Assembly: GCA_963702895.1 (NCBI GenBank)
Contig: OY969767.1
Coordinates: 800,001-864,000 of the forward strand
Direction of reading: 5' to 3'
DNA length: 64,000 bases
Source of the DNA: an uncultured Elusimicrobia bacterium
GTDB taxonomy: Bacteria; Elusimicrobiota; Elusimicrobia; 2-01-FULL-59-12
Below the pieces are notes generated by a model, which saw only the letters and a program-made list of their open reading frames with translations, was not told where the DNA came from and ran no database searches. The first letter of the stretch is position 1; the number at the start of each line of letters is the position of its first letter. Below, in pieces: positions 10,061 through 17,629 of this stretch. The translations under genes were made by a program, and so were the position numbers.

Positions 10061-10888
10061 TCAGGAAGGAGGCTGCTCCGGCAGCAGTTTCTTGAAGACG
10101 GCGGGAAAGTCTTTGAGCCACCGCAGATCGGAGGGATCTTCCAGAAACGGCCGCAAATCCTTGGTCAATGAGCCGGTGTCCAGCGCTGTGACTTTTTTTT
10201 CGATCTTGGCGAGGACCTCTTGCCAGCTCCGACACGTGATGTTTTGTTTCTTTGATTGCGCCAGCCCATTCTGGAAATAAGCAAGATTGCCGGCGACACG
10301 CTGGGAAAGAAACCAGATCAGATCATAGTAATCCCTCCCGCGTTCATAAGGCCTCAGAAGGATCGCCAAGGCCTTCCCCGCAAAGAGCGTGGGCAGGTCG
10401 TACTTGAGGACCGGAAACAACTCGTTCATGCGGGCGACAAAATGGGTTTCCACCACGCCGCGCGCGGGCGGCCGGACATCGACTTCCAGCTTGATGGAGA
10501 GCTTTTGATTAGGAGGAAGTGTCAGTCCGACCCTTTCGGGGAGGCCGCCGATACGAATAAAGGCTTTCTGGACGACCTTATCTTCCGAGAAGTTGCCGCT
10601 CACATCATACCCCAGCCGGGCGAGGTCTTTGAGGGCGGAGGCGTGCAAGTCCCTCATCGAGTAGCGGGCGTTTTTCTTAAGGAGTGAAAAATCGAGATCT
10701 TCCGAGTAGCGTCTGAGCTGATGGCAAATCCGCAGGCAGGTCCCCCCCTGAAAGGCGAGCGAAGCCCCCGTGGGGGTATTGAACACAGAGCGCAGGACCA
10801 CCAGTTGCAGGTATTCGCGGCAAAAGTTCCACTTTTCCAGCTCGGAGGCTGGGGCAGCGGCCTTCAGCAGATCAAGCAGTTTTTGCAT
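10061..10888 (-). CDS. abiEii: AbiEii-family nucleotidyltransferase toxin (type IV TA)
   Basis: FQGGTCLR..HQLRRYSEDLDFS, KLEVD, AGKALA and RGRDYYDL motifs; ATG 10888 with AAGGA RBS. Confidence 0.9.
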   Translation of the reverse strand: MQKLLDLLKAAAPASELEKWNFCREYLQLVVLRSVFNTPTGASLAFQGGTCLRICHQLRRYSEDLDFSLLKKNARYSMRDLHASALKDLARLGYDVSGNFSEDKVVQKAFIRIGGLPERVGLTLPPNQKLSIKLEVDVRPPARGVVETHFVARMNELFPVLKYDLPTLFAGKALAILLRPYERGRDYYDLIWFLSQRVAGNLAYFQNGLAQSKKQNITCRSWQEVLAKIEKKVTALDTGSLTKDLRPFLEDPSDLRWLKDFPAVFKKLLPEQPPS

Positions 10889-11465
10889 AATCCTTGAGGC
10901 TTTCCCAAAGGGCCAAGACCCGACTCCCAGGATAGGGTTTGACGAGCTTGTCTCCTCGTTTCCAATCCAGGCCCTTGAGGTTTTGGAAGCGCGCTTCTCT
11001 CCAGAAGGATTTTTCCGTTTTGAGCGAATGACCCCGGAGATAGAAGTAGTCGAGGAGCGCTTTTTCCGGTTCAGCGAGGAGCCGGCTCGAATCATAGCCG
11101 AAAAAGAGGCCCGTTTGAATATGATGAAAGTGAAAACGTCCCCAGGGTGTTTGAAAAGACCGTGGAGGGCGCGTGGTGACGAGTGTTGTTTCAAAAGGAA
11201 CATCGGGCACCAGACCATGCTGGTTCAGGGCGGTCTCCATGCTGATGTAGGCAGGAGCATAGAGCGCGAGGATTCTCTCTGGTAATGAGCAGTGCCGTCC
11301 GGGAAAGGCATACACCTCGCGCCGGATTCTCTGAAGATGGCCGGCTTTGACCCAGCGGTGAAGGTTGAGCCGCAGGCCTTGAGCGTTTTCCCGGGTCGTG
11401 AGGAGCGCCTCTCGGAAGGAAAAGGCCGATTTCTTCATCAAGGCTTCAAACGCGCTGTATTTCAT
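10872..11465 (-). CDS. abiEi: AbiEi-family antitoxin (wHTH plus C-terminal domain)
   Basis: LHRWVKAGHLQRIRREVY, AYISMETALNQHGLVP, AEPEKALLDYFY; overlaps the toxin start. Confidence 0.85.
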   Translation of the reverse strand: MKYSAFEALMKKSAFSFREALLTTRENAQGLRLNLHRWVKAGHLQRIRREVYAFPGRHCSLPERILALYAPAYISMETALNQHGLVPDVPFETTLVTTRPPRSFQTPWGRFHFHHIQTGLFFGYDSSRLLAEPEKALLDYFYLRGHSLKTEKSFWREARFQNLKGLDWKRGDKLVKPYPGSRVLALWESLKDYAKTA

Positions 11466-11467
11466 AA

Positions 11468-11501
11468 TTACGTTAATTATCATAAATGATAATTAACGTA
11501 A
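11468..11501. promoter_or_regulatory. Perfect 16-bp inverted repeat, putative AbiEi autorepression operator
   Basis: TTACGTTAATTATCAT-AA-ATGATAATTAACGTAA directly upstream of the antitoxin ATG. Confidence 0.8.
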
Positions 11502-11533
11502 ATGGAAGGGGGGATGCGCGACGGGGGCGGAGC

Positions 11534-11643
11534 AGGGAACGTCAACGGCAAACGGCGATAATAGAAAATAGAAAATAGACCATTTGAGTGGTGGGGGAAA
11601 AGACGCTGGGTTGCCTGCGGAAGGCGAAAAGGCGTCTTTTTTA
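11534..11643. repeat. Cassette-boundary repeat copy B (uninterrupted)
   Basis: Homologous to 9860-10030; abuts the stop codon of the four-helix-bundle gene. Confidence 0.8.
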
Positions 11644-11994
11644 TTTCTGTGTCTGAATGAGGCGCGTGATCATTTTGCCAATCAAATCGAGGTCTCCTTT
11701 CAGTCGCGGATAGTCCTCTGCACGAATCAGGCCATGCTGAACGGCGAATTGCAGGTGTGTGACGCATTCATTGGTTGATCCTCGTGACACCCAAAAGAAT
11801 TGTTTCCGATCGCCGATGTGCCACCGGCCAGACCCCTCAGCCAAATTTGCAGGAATCGACATGACCGCTCTGCGGAATTGGTCGCAGAGGACGGGGTTTC
11901 GACTTCGGGGTGCCTTTTCGAGGGATTGGAGAATTTCCGTAGCAAATGACATGCTTTTCTTGTAAACGCGCATCTCCTCAAACAAAAAGCCCAT
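11641..11994 (-). CDS. Four-helix-bundle protein (23S rRNA IVP/Avd-like family)
   Basis: FEEMRVYKKS, DQFRRAVMSIPANLAEGSGR, SRGSTNEC signature. Confidence 0.9.
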   Translation of the reverse strand: MGFLFEEMRVYKKSMSFATEILQSLEKAPRSRNPVLCDQFRRAVMSIPANLAEGSGRWHIGDRKQFFWVSRGSTNECVTHLQFAVQHGLIRAEDYPRLKGDLDLIGKMITRLIQTQK

Positions 11995-12042
11995 ACATCC
12001 CTTAGATGCAAAAACCTCGAAAATATTCACGATTCATTTAAC

Positions 12043-12377
12043 ACGGCATACGGCGAAAATAGACAATAGAAAATAGTGGTTCCAGGCTTTTTTACGGCAT
12101 CCGGCGCGCGGGTTGATCTTTCAGGGTCGCTGTATGCGTAGAGAAAACGTCAAAGGCAAACGGCGAAAATAGAGAATAGAAAATAGTAGTTCCAGGCTTT
12201 TTTTCCGGCATCCGGCGCGCGGGTTGATCTTTCAGGGTCGCTGTATGCGTAGAGAAAACGTCAAAGGCAAACGGCGAAAATAGAGAATAGAAAATAGTAG
12301 TTCCAGGCTTTTTTTCCGGCATCCGGCGCTATTGTCTATTTTCTATTTTCGCCGTATGCCGTAAAAAAAGCCTGGAA
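12043..12377. repeat. About 2.5 tandem copies of a 110-111-bp unit enclosed by a 21-bp perfect inverted repeat
   Basis: Units start at 12051, 12161 and 12272. ACGGCATACGGCGAAAATAGA (12043-12063) is the reverse complement of 12342-12362. Confidence 0.9.
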
Positions 12378-12475
12378 GAGGGAGGGGGTTTCTTCCAGGC
12401 TAAAGTGGGTATTCAATTGTATTTCTGAGCTCTGAGTTTAAAACTCTGAGAGAACAGATCAGAACTCAGAGAGCC

Positions 12476-12625
12476 CTACTGGTAACACGGCGGCGCTTCT
12501 TCCATCCTTCGGCTGATGACTTCGCGAATGCCGCAGCGCGTACAAATCAAGTCATAGCCTTCCAAGAGTATGTCCAAAACCGCCATGGGACTGCCGCATC
12601 GACGACAAACGCCGTAGGTCTGCAT
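12476..12625 (-). CDS. Small (49 aa) Zn-ribbon protein, absent from the ORF track
   Basis: Manual translation MQTYGVCRRCGSPMAVLDILLEGYDLICTRCGIREVISRRMEEAPPCYQ; two CxxC; AAGGGGG RBS. Confidence 0.65.
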   Translation of the reverse strand: MQTYGVCRRCGSPMAVLDILLEGYDLICTRCGIREVISRRMEEAPPCYQ

Positions 12626-12827
12626 AACGCCCCCTTGCGTAATGCTTGCCATCACTCCAAGGGTAGCGACTTTGTGTTACGCCAGTGTTACTCGAATGTA
12701 AAAGTCGTGTAACGTAAGAGTTGTTAACCTTCCTCCGTCGAGGATCGGGAGGGGTCGCCGTTACAAGGGCCCTCGGGTGGGCCGGTCTTGACCCCGAGAT
12801 CCGTGCCCAGGAAGGCGAAGTCTGAGG

Positions 12828-13232
12828 CTAGCGTCGAGCGGAAATCTTCTTCAGTGTGTCCCAGCTGTCCAAAACGTCCTGAGACGTGCGCAGGGAGCGT
12901 TTCTTGAGGAGCTTCCGGTGCTCGCGTGTGTACCCGAAGACGTGGGGGTGTCGGAGGGTGAGTTTGCGGATGAGGGTCCTGATCACATGGTCGATCGTGA
13001 AACGGCCCTTTTCTTTGGCGAGTTGGGCATGGAAAACAACCTGCAAGAGCAGGTCGCCCAGCTCTTCTTCCATGTTGCGGTAATCCTTTTTGTGGACGGA
13101 CTGCTTGAATTCCCGGGCCTCCGCGAAGAGGTATTTCAATAGACTGGCGTGGGTTTGTTTGCGGTCCCACGGGCAGCCCTTGGGGGACCTGAGCCGGGCC
13201 ATCACCTGAACCAGTTTTTGAAAGGAAGTCAT
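12828..13232 (-). CDS. mazG: MazG-family nucleotide pyrophosphohydrolase (single domain)
   Basis: RLRSPKGCPWDRKQT, EEELGDLLLQVVFH, RHPHVFG. Confidence 0.85.
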   Translation of the reverse strand: MTSFQKLVQVMARLRSPKGCPWDRKQTHASLLKYLFAEAREFKQSVHKKDYRNMEEELGDLLLQVVFHAQLAKEKGRFTIDHVIRTLIRKLTLRHPHVFGYTREHRKLLKKRSLRTSQDVLDSWDTLKKISARR

Positions 13233-13293
13233 AAGCTGTTCACGAAGAGTGCGAATTGTATAAAATCTTCCATGTTTTACCGGGTGTTCTTGT

Positions 13294-13685
13294 GGACTGG
13301 TGGCGTCCCGTATCCTGTATACGCTAAGGACGGGACAGTCCCGCGGCGTAAGCACGTAGGTGCGCGGGACGGAACTGGCATACGCTTTCTAGCGTATGAT
13401 GTTTAGAGGCGGTTTGGTGGACTGGTGGCGGAATTGGCATACGCGTACGGCTCAGGACCGTATTCCGAAAGGATTGCGGGTTCAACTCCCGCCCAGTCCA
13501 CCAAACCGCCTCAATATTTTAAGCCTACGGCTCAGGACCGTATTCCGAAAGGATTGCGCCCGCCACGACTTCGCGGCGGGCGTCCGCCGAGACTTAGTGG
13601 CGGCCGGGTTCATCCCCACGCAACGCGCAGGGATAGTCCCACCCCGTAAGGGCAGAGGAAGGTGGGACAACTCCCGCCCAGTCCA
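13294..13685 (+). pseudogene. Split, hairpin-interrupted outer tRNA-Leu(CAG) copy surrounding the intact tRNA
   Basis: Pieces 13294-13305, 13372-13385, 13526-13558, 13607-13612 and 13670-13685 concatenate to a near-exact copy of 13419-13500. Confidence 0.8.
13419..13503 (+). tRNA. tRNA-Leu(CAG)
   Basis: GGACTGG/CCAGTCC acceptor, TACGG-CTCAGGA-CCGTA anticodon arm, long variable arm, GGTTCAACTCC, encoded CCA. Confidence 0.95.
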
Positions 13686-13715
13686 CTGGAGCACTTTTAA
13701 AACACTGGACTTCGC

Positions 13716-14192
13716 ATGAAACCGAAAGCTCCCGCGCCTCCTCCGGCGATCTCCAACCGCAAGGCCCGTCATGACTATCACATCCTGGAAACCTATGAGG
13801 CGGGCATCGCCCTGAAGGGGCCCGAAGTAAAATCCCTGCGCAACGGCAAAGCCAGCCTCCAGGACTCTTTCGCCCGCGTGGAGAAGGGCGAAGTACTTCT
13901 TTACAACATGCACATCAACCCTTATGCTTTTACGCACCACACGGATTTAAGCCCCACAAGGTCGCGCAAACTCCTGCTTCATGCGCAGGAGATTAAAAAA
14001 CTCACCGGGCGGGTTCAAGAGAAGGGATTGACGCTCGTGCCTCTGGAAGTCTTCTTCAACGGAAAGGGGATCGCCAAGGTGAGCCTCGCGCTCGCCAAAG
14101 GCAAGCTCGCACCGGACCGCCGCGACGACATCAAGAAGCGGGACCTCGAACGCGAAGCCCGCAGGGACTATCGAGCCAGGACAAAGTTTTAG
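13716..14192 (+). CDS. smpB: SsrA-binding protein SmpB
   Basis: NRKARHDYHILETYEAGIALKGPEVKSLR, RSRKLLLH. Confidence 0.97.
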   Translation: MKPKAPAPPPAISNRKARHDYHILETYEAGIALKGPEVKSLRNGKASLQDSFARVEKGEVLLYNMHINPYAFTHHTDLSPTRSRKLLLHAQEIKKLTGRVQEKGLTLVPLEVFFNGKGIAKVSLALAKGKLAPDRRDDIKKRDLEREARRDYRARTKF

Positions 14193-14263
14193 ATAGAATG
14201 ATTCCAGTTCGTGCGGAGGGATGAGTGAGCAGCTTGGGCCTGCTCTCAAATAATGTATTGTGC

Positions 14264-14350
14264 GGAGAGATGGCCGAGCGGTTGAAGGCGCCGCTCTCGA
14301 AAAGCGGTAGGGGTGCAAGCTCCTCGTGGGTTCGAATCCCACTCTCTCCG
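14264..14350 (+). tRNA. tRNA-Ser(CGA)
   Basis: GGAGAGA/TCTCTCC acceptor, CCGCT-CTCGAAA-AGCGG, long variable arm, GTTCGAATC; CCA not encoded. Confidence 0.95.
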
Positions 14351-14417
14351 CAGAATGCACCGAGAAGCAGGCCAACGAACCCTCACGCTCATCTCAGGAG
14401 GGGAAAGATAGAAGGAT

Positions 14418-16355
14418 ATGAAACGACTTTTTAAAATCTTATCGATCATCTTGGCCATTGTGCTTGGGCTGCTTGTGGCGGCGAGCGTCGCGCTTCGGAT
14501 CTTCTTGCCGCCCGAGAAGGCCAAGGCCCTCGTGCTCAAGCACCTGAGCGAGCAGCTCAGGCGTGAGGTGGAGGTCGGTTCGGTGTCCGTGGGCGTGTTT
14601 TCGGGCCTTCAGATCTCCAAACTCAAAATCTCGGAATCCCCCACCTTTGCCAAGGGGACATTTTTGTCCAGCGAGCTCTTTACACTTCAAGTCGCGCTCC
14701 TTCCCCTCCTGTCGAAACAGGTGATCGTCCGTCAAGCCGTTCTGAAAGAACCCACCGTGACGATCCTCCGAATGGCGGACGGTAAAACATTCAATTTCTC
14801 AGACCTGACCAAGACGGTCCAGCCAACGCCGCCGGGCCAAAAGTCCACGGACGCCGGCGCGAACAAACCGTCAGAAAAGGGAACGCCCTTTGTCTTTGTC
14901 GTGTCGCACGCGGAAATCGCCCGCGGCGCCTTGCATTTTGTGGACCGATCACCGGCCAAGCAAAGCGTCGACATCGAACCCTTCGATCTCAAGCTCAAGG
15001 GGGTCAGCTTAACCGATCCCTTCAGCCTGAAGATGGGGCTTCGCGTGAAATATAGAGGGTCCGATCTCGGCATTCGTTTGGGCGGCAAAGCGAACCTCAA
15101 GGAGAGCAGTTTCCATATTTCCGAGGGCTCTCTGAGCTCCGGCGCGGCCCACGTCACGGTCTCCGGTCTCCTCAGCCAACTCCAGTCAGCACAACCGGTC
15201 TTCAAGCTGCACCTTCAGACCAATGACGTCCCCATCCAGGACCTTCTTCGGTTCGTGCCGTCTGCTCTGCCGAAGGGGGTTGTCCTCGATGGGACCACGC
15301 GGCTGGCCGTCGACCTTTCGGGGACAACGGACACGCAGCAGTTCGCCTCGAAATGGACGGGTACGGGCCTGCGCATCGCCAAGGGAGAAGATTTCCAAAA
15401 GCCCGTGGGTGTACCCCTGGAGCTGACCCTCCTCGGTGACCGGGCGGCTTCGGGGGCCATCCAGCTCAAGATGATGAACGCGAAGATTTCAAACAATACG
15501 CTCGCCGGGTCCGGCACCTATGAGCCGCGCGGTCAGGATGCCCAGATCCATTTCAGCTTCAAAGGCGTCGGTTGGTCCGTTCAGGATTTGGCCACGATGT
15601 CGCCCGCGATCGTCCCTTTCCAGCCTTCCGGGACCCTTTCCTTTGATGGTCGCGCGACCGGCCGGCTGAGCGCCCCCCAAACCAGCCTTCACACAGCGGC
15701 CAAGATCAAACTGGGAAAGATCCAGCACCCTTATTACGAAGGCCAGGGGCTCGAGATGGACTGGGACCTCTCGAACGTAACGCCCGAGCTGTCCAAAGTC
15801 TCGGGTCTGGTCCATCTCACGCAAGGCCCCGGCAAAATCCTCCAGCTGGATAAACTTGCTGCGAGCTCCCGTGCGGGGAAGATCGCGCTCCTGCCGCTTG
15901 AGTCTCTGGCGAAACTTCAAAAGAAGGGCGTGCTCCAGCAAGTCAACCTTCCTTCGCTGCAGTCGATTCCTTTCGATTCCATCGTTGGAGATTACGCTCT
16001 GAAAAATGGCGATATGGAGATTAAACGATTCGATCTCGTCGGCCAAGACCTCAGTGTCCAGACCCGGGGCCATGTGGGTTTGGCAGGAGCGCAACCGGTC
16101 CAGATGAAGGTCGCGCTCAAGCTCGCTCCTGATGCCGTGGGTGGCACGTTGGGGGCGTTGATCCGGGATGAAACAGGCCGACCCACGGTCAAGTTCACGG
16201 CGTCCGGAACCCTCTCCGATCCTAAGGTGAAATGGGACTTGGATGATACAGGCAAGAAGGCGCTCCAGCAGGCGGGGCAAGAACTGATGAAGAACAAGGA
16301 TGTCCAGAAAGCCGTGGATGATATCCAAAACACACTCAAGGGCATCTTCCGATAA
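14418..16355 (+). CDS. AsmA-family protein
   Basis: N-terminal anchor, AsmA-like N domain (GKTFNFSDL), C-terminal PFDSIVGDY...GTLSDPKV. Confidence 0.75.
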   Translation: MKRLFKILSIILAIVLGLLVAASVALRIFLPPEKAKALVLKHLSEQLRREVEVGSVSVGVFSGLQISKLKISESPTFAKGTFLSSELFTLQVALLPLLSKQVIVRQAVLKEPTVTILRMADGKTFNFSDLTKTVQPTPPGQKSTDAGANKPSEKGTPFVFVVSHAEIARGALHFVDRSPAKQSVDIEPFDLKLKGVSLTDPFSLKMGLRVKYRGSDLGIRLGGKANLKESSFHISEGSLSSGAAHVTVSGLLSQLQSAQPVFKLHLQTNDVPIQDLLRFVPSALPKGVVLDGTTRLAVDLSGTTDTQQFASKWTGTGLRIAKGEDFQKPVGVPLELTLLGDRAASGAIQLKMMNAKISNNTLAGSGTYEPRGQDAQIHFSFKGVGWSVQDLATMSPAIVPFQPSGTLSFDGRATGRLSAPQTSLHTAAKIKLGKIQHPYYEGQGLEMDWDLSNVTPELSKVSGLVHLTQGPGKILQLDKLAASSRAGKIALLPLESLAKLQKKGVLQQVNLPSLQSIPFDSIVGDYALKNGDMEIKRFDLVGQDLSVQTRGHVGLAGAQPVQMKVALKLAPDAVGGTLGALIRDETGRPTVKFTASGTLSDPKVKWDLDDTGKKALQQAGQELMKNKDVQKAVDDIQNTLKGIFR

Positions 16356-16729
16356 TGCTCAAAAAAATATTAATTGTGGATGATGACCGACTTCTGGTCG
16401 ATTCCTTGAAGGATTATCTGGAAGATTGTGGGTATGAAGTTTTAACAGCCTATGATGGCGCGGGAACACCCGAACTGGTCCGCACCCATCTGCCCGCGCT
16501 GATTATCCTGGATGTCGATATGCCCGTGGTGAATGGAATCCAGACGCTACAGAAATTACGCATGGATCCCGCAACGTGTCGTATCCCGGTCATTCTCATG
16601 ACTGGCGTCGCTTCCGCGCAGGTCTATCCCGCCATCGCATCGATGCCGATGGTTTCACACATCAAGAAGCCGATCGAACCCGAAGATCTTCTCTCCGTCG
16701 TAAAATACTACGTCCCCTCTCCTCATTAA
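16355..16729 (+). CDS. Single-domain response regulator
   Basis: KKILIVDDD, ILDVDMPVVNG, KP; TAATG coupling to the upstream gene. Confidence 0.9.
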   Translation: MLKKILIVDDDRLLVDSLKDYLEDCGYEVLTAYDGAGTPELVRTHLPALIILDVDMPVVNGIQTLQKLRMDPATCRIPVILMTGVASAQVYPAIASMPMVSHIKKPIEPEDLLSVVKYYVPSPH

Positions 16730-16914
16730 GCTGACTTGAACGAGTAAGGAAGCTGGGATGATCCCCTCCATCCGAGTCACTCCCCGCCGCCCGAAGAGAG
16801 GACGGAACAGAGCTGAATCGGTATAATACGCCCCTCGGTCGCTCCCGTTCCTTTTAGAATAGGGATGCGGGACGCCGGCCAAACTTCAGGCAAGGCGATC
16901 GCTGTGGTCTTGAT

Positions 16915-17001
16915 GGAGAGATGCGAGAGCGGTTGAATCGGCTCCCCTGGAAAGGGAGTAGGGGTGAAAGCTCCTCGAGGGTTCGAATCCCTCTCTCTCC
17001 G
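16915..17001 (+). tRNA. tRNA-Ser(GGA)
   Basis: GGAGAGA/TCTCTCC acceptor, CTCCC-CTGGAAA-GGGAG, long variable arm, GTTCGAATC. Confidence 0.95.
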
Positions 17002-17187
17002 CTGAGACCATCGTGCGGGCGCGTGACACACATCCGTAGCGTCCGCCTGACTTGAGGTGGGAGTCGCCGGGTGTGTGGCGCTCCCCGCCACTCCATCTCA
17101 AGACAGCATGCGAGGATCCCTCCGCTGGAGGGGCCTGTTGTAGGTAGTTTGTATAATGAGCACCGATTTCGGTTTTGGAATGTTGCT

Positions 17188-17277
17188 GGGGGTGTAGCTC
17201 AGCTGGGAGAGCCTCGCCAGACTACAGGCGAGCCCGCCGGCTGTCTGGCGGGGGTCGCCGCGGCGACAGGTCGCCGG
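17188..17277 (+). pseudogene. Truncated chimeric tRNA-Ala copy with double-hairpin insert
   Basis: GGGGGTGTAGCTCAGCTGGGAGAGC, then hairpin pair, GTCGCCGCGGCGAC and AGGTCGCCGG; no T-loop or 3' acceptor strand. Confidence 0.75.
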
Positions 17278-17313
17278 CGTAGGGTGTTTCAGGAGCAATT
17301 TTTGGGAGTTGGT

Positions 17314-17602
17314 GGGGGTGTAGCTCAGCATATGAAAGAAGGCGCGTTGCTGGGGGTGTAGCTCAGCTGGGAGAGCGCATCGTTCGCAACGATGAGGTCG
17401 CCGGTTCGATCCCGGTCACCTCCAGCAACGCGCTTCATTTGGGAGAGCCTCGCCAGACTACGGCGAGCCCGCCGGCTGTCTGGCGGGGGTCGCCGCGGCG
17501 ACAGGTCGAGGGTTCGTCCCGCATTCTTAGACTCTTACGATGCGGGACAGTCCCAACCCATAAGGATGGAGGAAGGTGGGACGAGCCCCTTCACCTCCAC
17601 CA
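17314..17602 (+). pseudogene. Split outer tRNA-Ala-like copy surrounding the intact tRNA-Ala
   Basis: Pieces 17314-17329, 17440-17448, 17488-17516 and 17584-17602 give a cloverleaf with G3:U70 and CCA but a collapsed anticodon loop. Confidence 0.75.
17352..17424 (+). tRNA. tRNA-Ala(CGC)
   Basis: GGGGGTG/CACCTCC acceptor with G3:U70, CATCG-TTCGCAA-CGATG, GGTTCGATCC; CCA not encoded. Confidence 0.95.
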
Positions 17603-17629
17603 ACTCCCCGTCTATTTCCAAATTCATCT

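Noticed and set aside
9860..11643. Classical integron attC sites
   Set aside because: No RYYYAAC/GTTRRRY core pair at the ends and no IntI in the window.
11641..11994. DGR accessory (Avd) gene
   Set aside because: No reverse transcriptase or TR/VR pair with adenine-specific differences in the window.
12051..12329. CRISPR array, or a 37-aa repeat protein (ORF 12092-12322)
   Set aside because: The units are near-identical over their whole length with no unique spacers and no cas genes; the ORF is a by-product of the DNA repeat.
16730..17160. SRP RNA (ffs), often found beside tRNA-Ser/dnaX
   Set aside because: The conserved helix-8 CAGG..GGAAGCAG motif was not found on either strand; the hairpins here remain unassigned.
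13294..17602. tmRNA (ssrA) near smpB, or prophage att sites at the tRNAs
   Set aside because: The 5' ends have tRNA D-arms rather than the tmRNA 5' motif and no tag ORF was seen; there is no integrase, and both tRNA halves are duplicated, unlike attL/attR.
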